In this document: positions 26,201 to 38,963 of the stretch, piece by piece
How positions within the stretch are numbered: the stretch's first letter is position 1
How the letters are laid out: each line of letters opens with the position of its first letter
Assembly (NCBI GenBank): GCA_973895155.1
Contig: OZ316892.1
Location: 4,300,510 to 4,364,509 of the forward strand
Reading direction: 5' to 3'
From: Marsupella aquatica
Lineage: Eukaryota; Plantae; Marchantiophyta
Length of the DNA: 64,000 nucleotides
Program-made: the position numbers and the translations under genes
Notes under the pieces: model-generated
What the model saw: only the letters and a program-made list of their open reading frames with translations
The model's database searches: none
Told to the model about the DNA's origin: nothing

Positions 26201-28626
26201 GAATATCACAAATTTACACAGTTTCTTTTAGTGTAGGCAAGGTTTGTCACTCTGATTGATAAATAACAAGATTATAATTATAGATGGTTGCATGGTATTT
26301 GTTCCTTTAAGGTCACAGAGAATGTTGTTACCACAAGCTTCCCACACTGACCAAACATATCACTCTTTGATAGGTACATTCATGACTCACCACTTGACCC
26401 CCTTCTTACTTAATGGGGCTTAAGGATATTGTAATCATAGGAATTTGTTCTTTGGCTGTTATGAAAAGCATTAAAGTCACTGAGTTAATCCAAAACATTG
26501 CATGCAATATCTGAAAACATACCAACAACATTTTTTAATTTAAGTTTACAAACCAGCAAGGTTAATATTGTTCGCAACAATGATGGTTGGATTGCCGGCC
26601 AGTAGAGCTTGCACAAGCTGATTTGCAGTCCAGACTTCCACGGTAGTCATTGGGGGCCACATCATCCCAGCTCCCCCTGAAGGCGGTGGCCATATTGTAA
26701 GATGAACATATATATGGTCATGATATTAGGATCCCTCAGAAGCATTGATATTGTTACGATCTAACAAGAACCATAGCAAGAAGAGACGAAGTTTGATTCA
26801 GTAACATGCTGAAAGTGATGTTAGACTTTCCTGGATATTCAGAGCTGAATGAGCATGTAAAGCTTCAATCAAGGATCAATTTTCACTGTTCAATTCAAGC
26901 TTTTGAATTTGTCAGTTGGAATGTGGACTTGGGTATGGTCTATGTTGAATAAGGGATGGGAGTAAACCCTGGCCATTCAGTTCTCATTCTGATTAGTGGT
27001 TATGTAAGCTAAGAACCTAGCTACAGACTCACTAGAGATTCTGGTTATTGAACAAAATTCATCCCTATAAAGGCTTTCAGCTTAAGGATTCAATCCAGAA
27101 ATATGTTAATATAAGTTGCACAATTGATCCAACACTTGGTCAAGTACCGGGGCATTGGAGATGGTGTCATCATCGGAGGAGGCATCATTGGTTCCATCAT
27201 TGGAGGAGGCATCATTGGCGCCATCATTGGAGGAGGCATTATTGGTGCCATCATCGGAGGAGGCATCATTGGCACCATCATCGGAGGAGACATGGGTGCC
27301 ATCATCAGAGGAGACATGGGCGCCATCATAGGAGGAGACATGGGCGCCATCATAGGGGGTGCCATGGGTGTCATTGGTCCTATCATTGGAGTTGGTGTCA
27401 TGGGGGTCATGGGTGCCATTGGTGCCATCATTGGACCTGGTGTGGGGGTCATTGGGGTCATGGGTGTCATTGGCGGTGGCGGCGGCGCTTGAAGGAGATG
27501 TCTCCCAGGTCGGGTACTATACCCCGCAGTGATGAAATATTGTTGACCCACAGTAACATGACAGGTTCCCGAGGATCCGGGCGACAATGGTAATGCCGGT
27601 AAACTTTGTGTGAAATTGGAAACATCCGCCAGTGATGCATAGTACTGTAAACAAAGGAGGCACACACCCAGCCCAACCACAAAAGCTCAATTGGTCAGCT
27701 CTGTTGCTTAGTTGTGCATACTATTGGTACAATGATTTGATCTGGAGTTGCTATTGTTGTGTCAATCAAATGAATGTGAAGTTTTCTGAAATGAATTCTA
27801 ACATGCTCAAAATGCATTTGATGTCTCACTTATTGTTTGAAGAATGATTATTGGCCTACAAAACTCATTTCTTACTATGATGCAACACAAGTGGACATCC
27901 CATTAATTCACTTTAATGTGGCATGACACCAATCCATCCTTAGTCATTGACACTTCTACTGATGCGGGAACATTCTTGATCCAGCATGAATGTTTCTAGG
28001 TGGTATTCTTAAATTTCACCAAAGAGTTTATTCTTGATAATGGCCCGTGCTAAATTTTCAATCATAAGTCGAAAAGCAAGGCACACATTCAGCAAAGAGG
28101 TTGGTTCTCACCTCACGAAGATTATCTAGAGAATTGGGTTTGCTGGAATCCCCAAGCTCTGTAATTGCAACTGTCGTTGCCTGAACATCTGCCAGAGACC
28201 AGACGGACAAATAAACATTTGGTTAGAATAAATTTCACACACATTTAATACTGAAAGTAATTGAAGCTCGATCAGGCCTGCAAACTGCAAAATTTCAAAG
28301 AAGCTAGTTTAAATGCGTAGGCAATGAGCATAGAATATATTAGAATGGAGGTATCATTAAGTCTTTAAGTCTAAACTTTCCCTGGAATTGCGTACCATCG
28401 TTAGACATGTTAGATTTGTTTGCAACTTGTGGAAACAATTCTTAGTAGTTACAAAAACCAGGCACTATTATTCGTGCTTCCAATGGATTACATTGAAATT
28501 GTTCCAAAACATTCAGATGTTGGGGCAGGGGCCACCCAAACCTGAGACGGATAAGATCTGGACCAGCTGCAATGCCACAAGAAGGGGCCATCCTAGCCCG
28601 TGACAAGGCCCCATTCTCCTCCTCAT
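20203..28626 (-). CDS. secreted chimeric proline-rich cell-wall protein: signal peptide, Met/Pro repeats, Pmp-like beta-helix, extensin-like stalk, Root_cap (LEA-related) domain; about 15 exons
   Basis: Hand-spliced exons: 28626-28542 (MRRRMGPCHGLGWPLLVALQLVQILSVS), 28188-28112, 27644-27148 (GRHLLQ + MPPPMMAP repeats), ~26676-26554, 26178-25913, ~25475-25401, ~25038-24720, ~24593-24504, ~24044-23937, ~23594-23532, ~23352-23260, ~22959-22000 (SPPPP repeats then GDPHFLGKHGERFVFQG..YCVVSD), 21615-21505, ~21160-21000, ~20755-20670 (VHGVLG), ~20421-20203 (GQTY...DY.TTDILAPDCKFSQF). Most junctions are GT-AG and phase-compatible; the exon 3-4 junction and the ends of the last three exons are unresolved. 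Confidence 0.8.
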
Positions 28627-29477
28627 GGTTAAATTGATGAACTTTTGATCATGCACTCACAGATGCAATTTCTACCCTTCCTTCATTCGGCTGTCAATGC
28701 TCGTCTGCAATTAAATTGGTGAGCTAGTAGTATGCAATCAGCTGAGCAATCTCACTGTTATAACCCAAAACAACACAACTGACATCATGTGAGACACAAT
28801 CTCAGATGATTATATCAATGAGCAAAGCAACTTAGTGTATCCTGCTCTGCTTTGGGTACTAGAAAACAGGCAGATCATTCCTCCATTAGAATAATTTTGA
28901 ATAGTTGCCACCACTACCCTCTATTAGCTCCAAAAATACCACTGTCAGCTGTGCCACCCCTCCAGAAAATACTGCGTGAATGGAATTAATGTGTCTTAAT
29001 TAAACAATTCAGCAATGTGTGGAATGTTGGCTTGTTGTCGCCTACCATAAATTGTGAGTGCAATATTGAGGAAGGGCCTTTTTCCTTGCAGCTGCCAAGC
29101 TCAAATTCATGGAGCTCCCGGATGGAGTTGAGGAGTTTGAATTCCAATGGAGGAAAAGATTATGTAGAGGGAAACGAATAGTAAGGAACTGATCAACCAG
29201 GATTTCACCCCTGGTCGCCCCTTCCTTCTTTCCTCGCAATGCCCTCTCTTGTCTATGTGCAGCCTGTTCAGTACGAGCACACAAGCTCCCAATTTTGAAC
29301 AATTTGCTACCAAAATTGCTGATCGTCTTTTAAAAAATGGGCAGGATATATTGTAGGACTGTGTACAGCTATTATCTGCAATGCAGACCAAGAGATGACA
29401 GTCCTGGATTATCCAGCCTTCTGATGGACAGTCCCACTTCAACGCTTGACTACTGCTGATCCATGATCCTGAAGTAC

Positions 29478-29577
29478 AGTTTGTAAAAGAGGTCTGGTCC
29501 CGAACTCACATTGCCGGACCAAAGGACGCACCGTTTGTAAAAGTGGTCTGGTCTGGAACTCACATTACCGGACCAAA
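29478..29577. repeat. short direct duplication (about 45 bp units)
   Basis: gtttgtaaaag.ggtctggtc..gaactcacatt.ccggaccaaa occurs twice. Confidence 0.8.
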
Positions 29578-31832
29578 ACACAAGCGCAAGGGGGAGGAGG
29601 GACAACTGGCAGGAGGGAGGGGGGTGTGCGGCGGTTACTGCACAGGCTTAAAAACTGCCGTTCGGTTAGGTTCTACTTTTCACCCGGGTAAAGTTTGTGG
29701 TATTGTGTCGAGTTACTCTAGTGACTATCAAGTCCAAGAAGTAAATGAATAGTTATTGACAAATTGAGTCCCTGGGATAAAAGTAAAATCTAGAGGAGAG
29801 TTTCCTGAAACTTTGAGAAGACAATTTTGAGTCCCTGGAACAAAAAATAAATTTCTATGAGTAGTGTTCCTGAAACTTGGAGAAAACACTTTCGAGCCTT
29901 GAGAAAAAATAGATATATAGAGTACTGTTCCTGAAACTTTGAAACAACATTTCATTGCAAATGCAAGGAATATTCTGACCATCTTGATGTGAAACACTGA
30001 TTTATTGGTGTAGACGCTAACCGCAATCTAGAGAAATTATTTTGGCCAATTTGTTGTTCTTTGAGAGGTAAGTAGCACTAGAATGGACCACCAAGTTTAA
30101 CGGCAAACCTGGATGGACCATCATGACTTAGATGAACCATAAGCTTAGAACATTAATACTTTTGGTAATCGATAATACTTAGTTGGCTTTGCTTTCATTG
30201 TCTGAATGCCCTCATGATTGCTCACATCTTTTTGGTGTTAATACATGGTTGGTCCATCTGGGGCACTTGGTGAAACAAGATAGTCTAGCTGAGTATCAAC
30301 TGCAGCACTTTGAGCTCCCAATTTGAACAAATACATATCTAGAGTGTAACACGAAGTAATTGCACATTCAAAAGGACAGTCCCTCTATACTATAATTTGC
30401 AATCACAGTTTACTGGTTCATCACCAACTCCACAAAGTGAAGCAGACAATTTTGATATTTAGGCTACCGTAGTGCCATAGTGGTTTGTGCAATGAATAAA
30501 TTATTATTAAAATTGTGTGCATGACTAAATAGATATTTTGGGGTCCTTGTGAAACTTATAAATTGATTTTTATCCTGTACATGTTAATCTGAATATTCTA
30601 AGCATCCTGGTGTAAGTGCTGACTTTGCAATGTGCATATTGCTTTTATTAAAAATAAAGAAATTTATAGGAAATAATATTCTGGCCTTACAGTGTTATTC
30701 CTAAAATAAAAACAATCAATATTTTGTGAAAGCTCTGTGCAAATCAGGATGGCATGTACTCTTGGCACGTACTATGGCATGTTTGTGAGTAGGGATATGG
30801 GGAGTCTGGGTACAGGGAGCCCTCCTTGTGCATAGGTGCTGCTATTTGAGCTAGTGCACATAATTGTGTATGGGAGTGACCAACAACCTCGCCAACAACT
30901 AACTTATATAAAATGCAAACTAAATCCAGAAACTTTACCAGAGTAAAAATAAGAACCTAAACCACAACAGCAGTTCCTAAGCCTGTGCAATAACTGCCCC
31001 CATGGCCACAGGATCGGAGTCCGTCCTCCTTAAGCATCATGTGGTTTGGTAATGCAAATCTGGGACCAGGCCTCTTTCATATGATGTCAAACGGTGTAAC
31101 ACAATCAGTAACACAATCAGTGAGCTGTAAAGAATTCAACACCTCAGAGAGCATGACAGCAGAATGAATCAACACTAGGGAGTTGAAGATTGAGGAGTTG
31201 GGAAGACCCAATTCAACGGCTTCAGAGCATGATAGCGGGATAACAGCAAACAAATCGGTCAAGGATTGAATTGGGACGGGAAGCAGGACTGTTGGTCAAA
31301 GTGCCAGTAAATTCAGGCACTTTCTAAATTAATTTTTGCATTGCAACATTACAGAGAATATTGTACACTATTGTGCAATCTCCGCCAATTTTCCAAAAGA
31401 CAACTAGTAAGTTTTGCTTTATGCTTTGCAGCATTGCAGAAGATGTGTACACTATTTGGCAATCCCTGGCCATTTTGAAAAAGCTAGTTTTAGAAGTTTT
31501 TCTTTTCTGCATTGCAACTTTGCAGAGGATTTGAAAAACAATTACTAGGTGTGGGGCTCGTTCTGGACTCTGGAGTTCATGTGCATGAAGCTGGGTATGC
31601 TCAATTCTTTGTATTGAACTCTTCTTACTGTGGGGAGGATTTGTTATTGAACAGGTTGCATGTGAGACACAAGAAAGAATTGGTTGGAAAGGCAACATTT
31701 TGTGGCCTAAAATCTTCATCCATGTATTTTGGAGTAGGAGGGAAGGCAATCTAGCTTGCTTTGCTGATTGATTTATGTGAGACTCACCTTACTTTGAGTT
31801 CTTCTGGGTTAGTAAAGAGTCGCTCAGCTTGG

Positions 31833-33400
31833 CTGCTCAGTTGACTGGCAACTACTCACCAAACTAATTGCAGGCAAGCATTGCCAACTGAATGGGTGAA
31901 AGGGAGATATTGTAATTTGTGAGCTCATGATCAAACTAAAGCTCATTGCTTTCACCGCGAGGAGGAGAATTGGGCCCAGCTAGTCCCTTGTCCTAGCATT
32001 GCAGCTGGTCCACATCTTGTCTGTCTCAGGTAAGTCTAATGGCTCTGATCAACGCCATTGTTTGCTAGGACTTTATCCATCCATTGAGCAATAAAGGATC
32101 TATTTTGTTTGACATCCTTTATTGCTCAATGAACTTCAAAAATTTGATGAGTTAGCTTTATGGCAATTTAAGATGAAAAAACCTTCCTGAAATTGAATGT
32201 TAGGAATAGAAACAAGCTAGATCAAACATGCTTGGAGTAGATCTTGCAACAGTGGCAATGTGGATGCAGATGGATTCATGTCAAGCTACAAGTTCAGTAA
32301 AGTCGGGAGTAAAGTGAACGAACAAGGAAGTTGTCCAATTGTGTAACTGAGGGTTGCATCCAAATAATGAAGTGACTCAAATCATCTTCAAACTGTAAAT
32401 GAAACTTTATTTTGAGAGAAACCCAAAAATTATTTTCATTTACTGATTGTTAAATCCTTGTAACATACATTTGTTTCTTTGACATTAAGTGTTTTAGACT
32501 CTAGCTAAAGACATGCGTTATAATCTAGAACAATAAAGTTGTTGGCACTACCAATTGTGTACACAACTAAGAAACAGAGCTGACCAATTGAGTTTTTTTG
32601 TGTGGATTGGGTGTGTGCACACTTGTTACTAGTACTACACATCAACGGAAGATGTTTCCGATTTCACACTGATTACCGGCATTGCCATTTGCCTCCAGGA
32701 TCCTCCGGTGCCTCTCATGTTATTTGCCTGGTAATTGTCCAATTGTGCAAGATTGAACTGTTAAATTTCTGTTTCTACAAAAGTCATATTGGAAGTATGA
32801 ATTGCATTCAATCATCATAATCTTGGGGATCTGTAGCTAAGTTCCCACCTTACTTCACCACAATTTAAGAATGAGCACTTGCGACCAGGATTTACATCCA
32901 ACTCCTCCTCAATATACTACATAGTTTTGACAGTGGGAATGGATCTCTAATTAACAATAATGTATCTTCTAATTCTTATGAATATCCTTGCCAGCAAAGT
33001 TTTGAATTGTTTCAAGTGCCATGTTCACAAGTTATCTCTTCTAAAGTGTGTACTTATAGTTCTATCTTGCAAGATCTGAATTGTTTCAAGTGCCATTTTC
33101 ACAAGTTATCTCTTCTATAGTAGTCATAGTTCAATCTTGCAAGCTCTTAACAATGCACCCTTCTAGGATGCTATCATGTATGTTCATCATGCAGTATGGC
33201 CCTGCCAGCTTCAAAGGCACTCAGTGCCTTGCAGAGAGAGACAATCCTCACCAACACCATGGTTCACAACAAACTCATTGAACCTAATTTGGTCCATCCA
33301 AGATCCCAAATCCAATGAGCCATGCCCACATTTGTACGGCCCTCAATGGGTTATAAACGTTCTGTAGTTGTCACTAACTTTTGTACAGGCAAGGTAAGTC
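31833..33400 (+). pseudogene. inverted, decayed partial duplicate of the 5' end of the 20203-28626 gene
   Basis: 31833-32030 matches the reverse complement of 28540-28750, with ATG changed to GCG (caccgcgaggaggagaat...gcattgcagctggtccacatcttgtctgtctcag|gtaagt); 32550-32722 matches the reverse complement of 27550-27730. Confidence 0.8.
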
Positions 33401-34859
33401 AACCTCCTGGAATGTGCATTTTGGGGCATCACAATTACAAATTTGGTGCCTCTCATGCCTTTTTAAAGATCTATTTTGCATAAAATACTGAAAAAGAGAG
33501 AATGTGCCAAATTTAATGAAAGTGACAGATTCGCAATCCCTCATGGCCTGGTGAATGTCTCAAAATATAGATACCAGGCTCCCCAAAAACCTCATCCAAA
33601 AACACATATTATAAGAAATCACCAAAACATTTTTAGGGTACTATGGTCCTACTATGGGAAGTGAGTGGGAGAGCCTACAAGGTAGGTTTGCTGTTCAACG
33701 AAGTAGGCAGATTGACAGTGGCCTGTTAGAGGTAATTCCCCTATTATACCATAGTGCCATCCCAATTGGTGCAACTTGTGGAGATATTAATTATTTTCTA
33801 TTCCAGGAAATCATGCAACAACAAATATTATTTTACTGCCTTAGTTTTCAGTTTTAGAAATAATATATATATACAGTGTTTACATCAAGAAAAATTCACA
33901 TCACAAAATTCTTTTGAAGCTTCAAAAACACTCTTAAATTTTTTGCCAATCCTGTCCAAAATAATAATAACTACATAACCTACATACCCGTGGGTATGCA
34001 TGGGAGGCTCCCATACCAAGACTCCCCAATTCCTCCCTACTAAGCATAAGAAGGGCCCCAATAACCAGTTCCAGTCGAAGGGAGTCATGAACCATGGACT
34101 TTGATAGCGAATTGGAATATAGATCACCAGCCTGAATTCCAGAGCCTTGCTTGTAAATAGATAGTGAGTACCACTGTGCCAGTTTCCAGTTCCACCCCAT
34201 ATCTTGTGTGTTTTATGAGAACACACAAGTGCCAAACCCTGGTGCCAACGTGGCCTGGGGATTCTCAAAATTTCAATGAGATCACACAAGCGGCAAGTTT
34301 TGCAGCGTAAAAGTGAACTGTCTTAATATTTCAAAACTACACTTGGGGCTTTATACCCTGCAACTCATCCCCACTTGAGAATAATGGGCTCTGTGCTTCA
34401 TAGTTACCGATGCTGGTTTCTGGCCATAAAGAAATGGCCATAGCTTCTTCATAGGGTAAAAACCTGTCCCCAAATTAGAAGTTTTGGTCTACAATCAAAA
34501 GTGTGAGGACAAGCACTTTTGTGTCCACCACTTTTTTTCACTTTCTATTCGGGCCCCCTTGACTGCGACCGGAGGCAAAACTCAGAGGATTGAGACGCCC
34601 TGTTGAGTAAAGCTATTTGGGCAACCCCAGAGTGATCCATACCCTTCATTGACCTTGAATCAAGTTACCCAAAACCTCAAGAATCCTTTCAGCTAACACC
34701 TCTTGATTTCTGGCACCTCTAGATTTCTGAGAGGGCTACCGTAGATCTGGCCTTCACAAAAGTGCAAGCGTTGCTGCCAAAATCTTGTTTCCCGTCAATC
34801 TGGACCCGAGCGCTCGTGTAGAATGATCAGGAAACGTGATATGGATCCGTGAAGTATCT

Positions 34860-36950
34860 TTATGCAGTACGATACGCGAAATCCTCTTGTAGCCTGTGCT
34901 TCAAAAAGGAAGTAATGCCGCTCCTCCCTCCGCATACGTAGTGATAGTTTTTGTCCATGCTACCAAAGATTTCTTACATGTAATCCTTTCGAATTTCGTC
35001 CCCATAGGAATGTTCTGCATATTTGTCTCAGCTTGTCAAAACGCAGTCGAGTAAATCGTGTAGATGATAGGTAATCCCCAAATACCTTTCATTGCATTAA
35101 ACGATGAAGTGCTGTTCACAGGCACTAGCAATACTGAAGCATAACTTACTTCCTTCCCTTCGTAACTTCATTTTCACATTGCATTGAAAGCTGAAGTTCT
35201 GTCACATACCAGCATGTCGCACACTTCCTGCCTTGTTGTCCCACCAGCTTCTTAAGCCTAGTAACACACTGCCTTCGTCTTGTCCAGGTGGTCTTGTCAC
35301 AGACTAGCATGCCACACACTGGCTTGTCCCACTCCTGCCCAGCTTCTCCCTACAGAATCCCACTCCTTCCACTGGTTTCGTACTCGTCATCTGTCCCACA
35401 TTCAGAGAAACGGGAGATCAATTTTAAGGAAAACTCCCAGCAATTGAGCAGCTCCAGAAGACGGTGAACTATTGTAACACAAATGTGGTCCCGATCTGTT
35501 GACCTTTCTCAAGAAAACCCCACACCCGTATTGATTTCCCGGCCTACCTTCATGTCTCAGGATGGAAGCTTGCAATCTGTTGTGCAACACGGGCAGTGTG
35601 TCGACAACACTGTTTTCGGTATCAATTGAATTTCAGCCACTGAAACGACTTCAATGTCTAGCTATATACCGTAATCGACCTCCTTTAATGATCAGGTAGG
35701 GATATCCTCTCTCGGTAAGTTACTTGCCGAGAAGGTTTGGGGGTTTGAAAGTCACTTCAAACCATCACTCAGAGATAGCTCTATGCGATAGTTGACCTCA
35801 TAAGAGCAGCTGAAGAAGATTCGGCATGGGGTATTTGTGGAATGTAAAATCAGTTTAAGCCACTACCTAGAGATGGCTGTGAAAAAGTTATTGATATCCT
35901 TCGATAAGTTTGTGGAGTTTTGAACGAGGCAACAGCAATTTGTCAAGAAGTCTTGATGATGCTACAATTCTGATCATTTTCTAAATGGCTATTTTCCCCC
36001 AGAACGAAGTTTACGAGTCGGTCGTCACCTATCTACGATTCTTAAGATTGAAGTGGCCTGTCACTTCTCAGCGAGGCCGGCTCGACTCCACTTGCACTTG
36101 AAGTATTGCGATAGAGATCCACTGGGTTGTGACATCTAGGAGTGTTCTCGAGGATTCCAATGTTTGGACTATTGTGGAGTAATCAGATGGAGACGGACCT
36201 AACAAGCAAGCACTTCTGAAATCAACTAGAGACAGTCAGACGGGGAGAAATTTTGTCTACCACAATCAAGTGGACGGTTGAATTTCAGGGAATTTGTGAG
36301 ATAAGGACGTCACGTACAGGAGTACAGGGAATCTCGCAAGGAATTTGTGAGATAAGGAGTACTCCTGTAGGTTGCTAAATAATAAATTTTCTTTTAAAGT
36401 ACACAGAAGCAGTCCAGAGCAGCATATGTCCCGTTGCAAATACATTCTTTATTACTGTACAATTCCAACCTTTTTATCAATGCAAGTAGAACGGTTTTTG
36501 TCGCAGCTGCCAAGATTAATGATTCCTCATCCACGTCCTAGCAGTTTTTCTGGTGGCAATCTTTCTGCTGCTAGGTAAAAGTTCTTCCCCTGTTTACGGA
36601 GCTCCAACCCTTTGGCATTGCCAGTACCTGCTTTTTCTGGCTGAAGTTTCCGGTACAAACGAAGGCAATCATCCCTGAGAGAGTTCCATAACGCTTCTTG
36701 CGCAGTCTTGTCCATGTGGAATCAATCCTTTTGTCTCCTGGATCCTGACAGAAGCCGATGCCTTGCATGATAATTGCCAGCAGCCACTCACTGGCTGGCA
36801 ATTAACCAATCGCCTCAAGGCCTAACTTCTTGGAGCTCAAACGCATCCATGTTGCCTCATTTACAAAGTAGCCGGATGTTGTTACTCTGCCATTCTACAC
36901 TAGCCACATTCTCGCATTCACCATCTGCAAATCCGAACTTCACCACACAA
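34860..36950 (-). mobile_element. highly degraded L1-type LINE remnant
   Basis: Minus strand near 35030-34900 reads LRQICRTFLWG...KSLVAW......EGG, characteristic of plant L1 ORF2 downstream of RT; a weak endonuclease-like DAFELQEV lies near 36850; many stops; boundaries approximate. Confidence 0.45.
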
Positions 36951-37249
36951 CGAACAGTGATTCACAGGCCGAACATTGAAGACGACGAGCAGATAGGTAA
37001 ATGGCGAGCTGTTCGACAAACTATGAAAATACCAAATCAGCTGGGTCTCGCGGCTGTGAATCCTGCTCATTATACAAATTGGTGATGGACCCAACTGCAA
37101 TTCTGCCGCACAAGGTGGCTCTTCTTAGAATCACTATCCTAGACTGGTCGGTTTGACTCTACCAAGTGAACCAGTACAAACAATCCTTTTGCACACTTGT
37201 GGCACTAAGTATGTACAGCTCCATGGCATCGTGCTGAACTACAGTCTAC

Positions 37250-38005
37250 TTAGACGAGCTCCCTAGGCCAAACTCTATACCATCCAGTCCAAGCCGATGT
37301 CAGCCCGCTGATGCCAAGAGTAATGGCGTGAGAAACAAAGGGGTTCGGGGCCAAATCAGACAGATCGATCACATAATCAGCAACATTCGCGGCAATCGCC
37401 ATTATCCTGATGACCCTTTGGAACCGTATCTTTGCTATGGCCGCCTTCCTCTGCTTCACCTGCTCAGCTAGGGTCAAGGTCGAGCAAGGCTCCATTTTGC
37501 CACCGTTGAGAAGAATGTTCAATTCATTGAGGTACTTCTTCTCAGCTATCCGTTCATTTTTCAACGTGATCAGGTCCGAAATGATGAAAAAAGTGTAGCC
37601 GAATGCCTCTCCAAACGCTGATATGAAGCAGAATTTATCCGCGAGATGCTTGTCCAGAAGGCCAATTCGAGACAGCCAGGTGAAGTGATCAAAGAAGAAG
37701 TACACAAACTCACCACTGTTGCTCAGAACCGCCAGCAGTTGCCATCTCCAATCCGGGTACTCGGTGGTCCGCACCGTATTGTATCCCGTCAGGAATCGCC
37801 CCATGCGGAAGCATTTTCTGCTCAGCCCACACGATACCTCCCAATTCTTCACTCGGATGGCCAGTTCATTGTTCCCTTTCTGAAGCAGGTACCAATTGGC
37901 AATTTTCGATGTATATTGAAATGTCTTCACCAGCTTATCGATTCCGTCTCGTTTGGCCAGGAAGACCACCAATCTATCCGTGAAATCGTGCTTCCGCCCC
38001 CCCAT
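37250..38005 (-). CDS. PEX11B: peroxisomal membrane protein PEX11 (PEX11B type), single exon
   Basis: DRLVVFLAKRDGIDKLVKTFQY N-terminus, SRKCFRMGRFLTG, YFFFDHFTWLSRIG, LGISGLTSAWTGWYRVWP C-terminus. Confidence 0.93.
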   Translation of the reverse strand: MGGRKHDFTDRLVVFLAKRDGIDKLVKTFQYTSKIANWYLLQKGNNELAIRVKNWEVSCGLSRKCFRMGRFLTGYNTVRTTEYPDWRWQLLAVLSNSGEFVYFFFDHFTWLSRIGLLDKHLADKFCFISAFGEAFGYTFFIISDLITLKNERIAEKKYLNELNILLNGGKMEPCSTLTLAEQVKQRKAAIAKIRFQRVIRIMAIAANVADYVIDLSDLAPNPFVSHAITLGISGLTSAWTGWYRVWPRELV

Positions 38006-38880
38006 TCTCCCGATTCTGTCAGCCCTTCACCTTCAGCCTCTCTACACGACTACTCTCAGCTCACAGACATCCAACAACGACCCACACCACTCGCATTCCA
38101 CAACCTCTTTTCCTACCCACCCACTCGGATTCCACAACCTCCTTTCCTAATCTATATAAGTAATCTCGAAGAGAAGCTAGAGTTGGGGTCTATGCTTGAA
38201 GCATCTAGGCCGTGACTCTAGGGCCCCACCAAACCAAAATTTATGTGGATAGAAAGAAGGATGGGGATATTATGTGGATGGGGAAAAGTTCACAAAAATA
38301 AACTCCATTAGCTCTGGACAATTGTCATGCAGCCATCCTCCATCAGACTCTTCAGAATCTATCTTCCAAGCTTAGCTCCGTCAGCTCCATGCGAGGCGAG
38401 GTACGATTCCAAGTTTCTCAAACCCATCTCTAAATTGCTCACCTAACCAACAAATTACGGCCACATTCTACGAGAACATCACATACTGAAACATCCAAGC
38501 TAGCATCACATTCTGAACTCCGGAAATCTCCGCCTCAACAGCTCTCAATTGCGGAACCTCTGACTCACCAAGTCTCAATTTGCAATTCATCCGAGCTACA
38601 CTCTTCTCGGCCTCCCCGCCTGTAAATTGGCATATCGCATCGCATCCAATCCAATAGACTGATGGGGCCCTGACCTCTGGCTCTATCCACCACAGTGTGG
38701 CTGAAATGGACGATAATCTGCTTCCGATGAACCCACAGCCCTTGCTACGCAAATAGGATACCTGTGGTGAAGAAATGCCGTGATCTCGCTCGAGGACATG
38801 GAGATAGGGACCGAGCGACTGCCAGCTAGCCAGGACGGAGGGTATTAAGACCATAAGCTTAACATAGACAAGAGAGAAAG

Positions 38881-38888
38881 GTATATAC
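38881..38888 (+). promoter_or_regulatory. TATA box of the U6 Pol III promoter
   Basis: GTATATAC about 30 nt upstream of the U6 +1 G. Confidence 0.65.
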
Positions 38889-38911
38889 TCTGGTATAGAT
38901 GCCTTCCTCTC

Positions 38912-38931
38912 GTCCCTTCGGGGACATCCGA

Positions 38932-38963
<32 letters not shown>

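Noticed and set aside
27048-27593. His/Arg-rich and Gly/Ile-rich + strand ORFs
   Set aside because: Antisense shadows of the Met/Pro repeat exon
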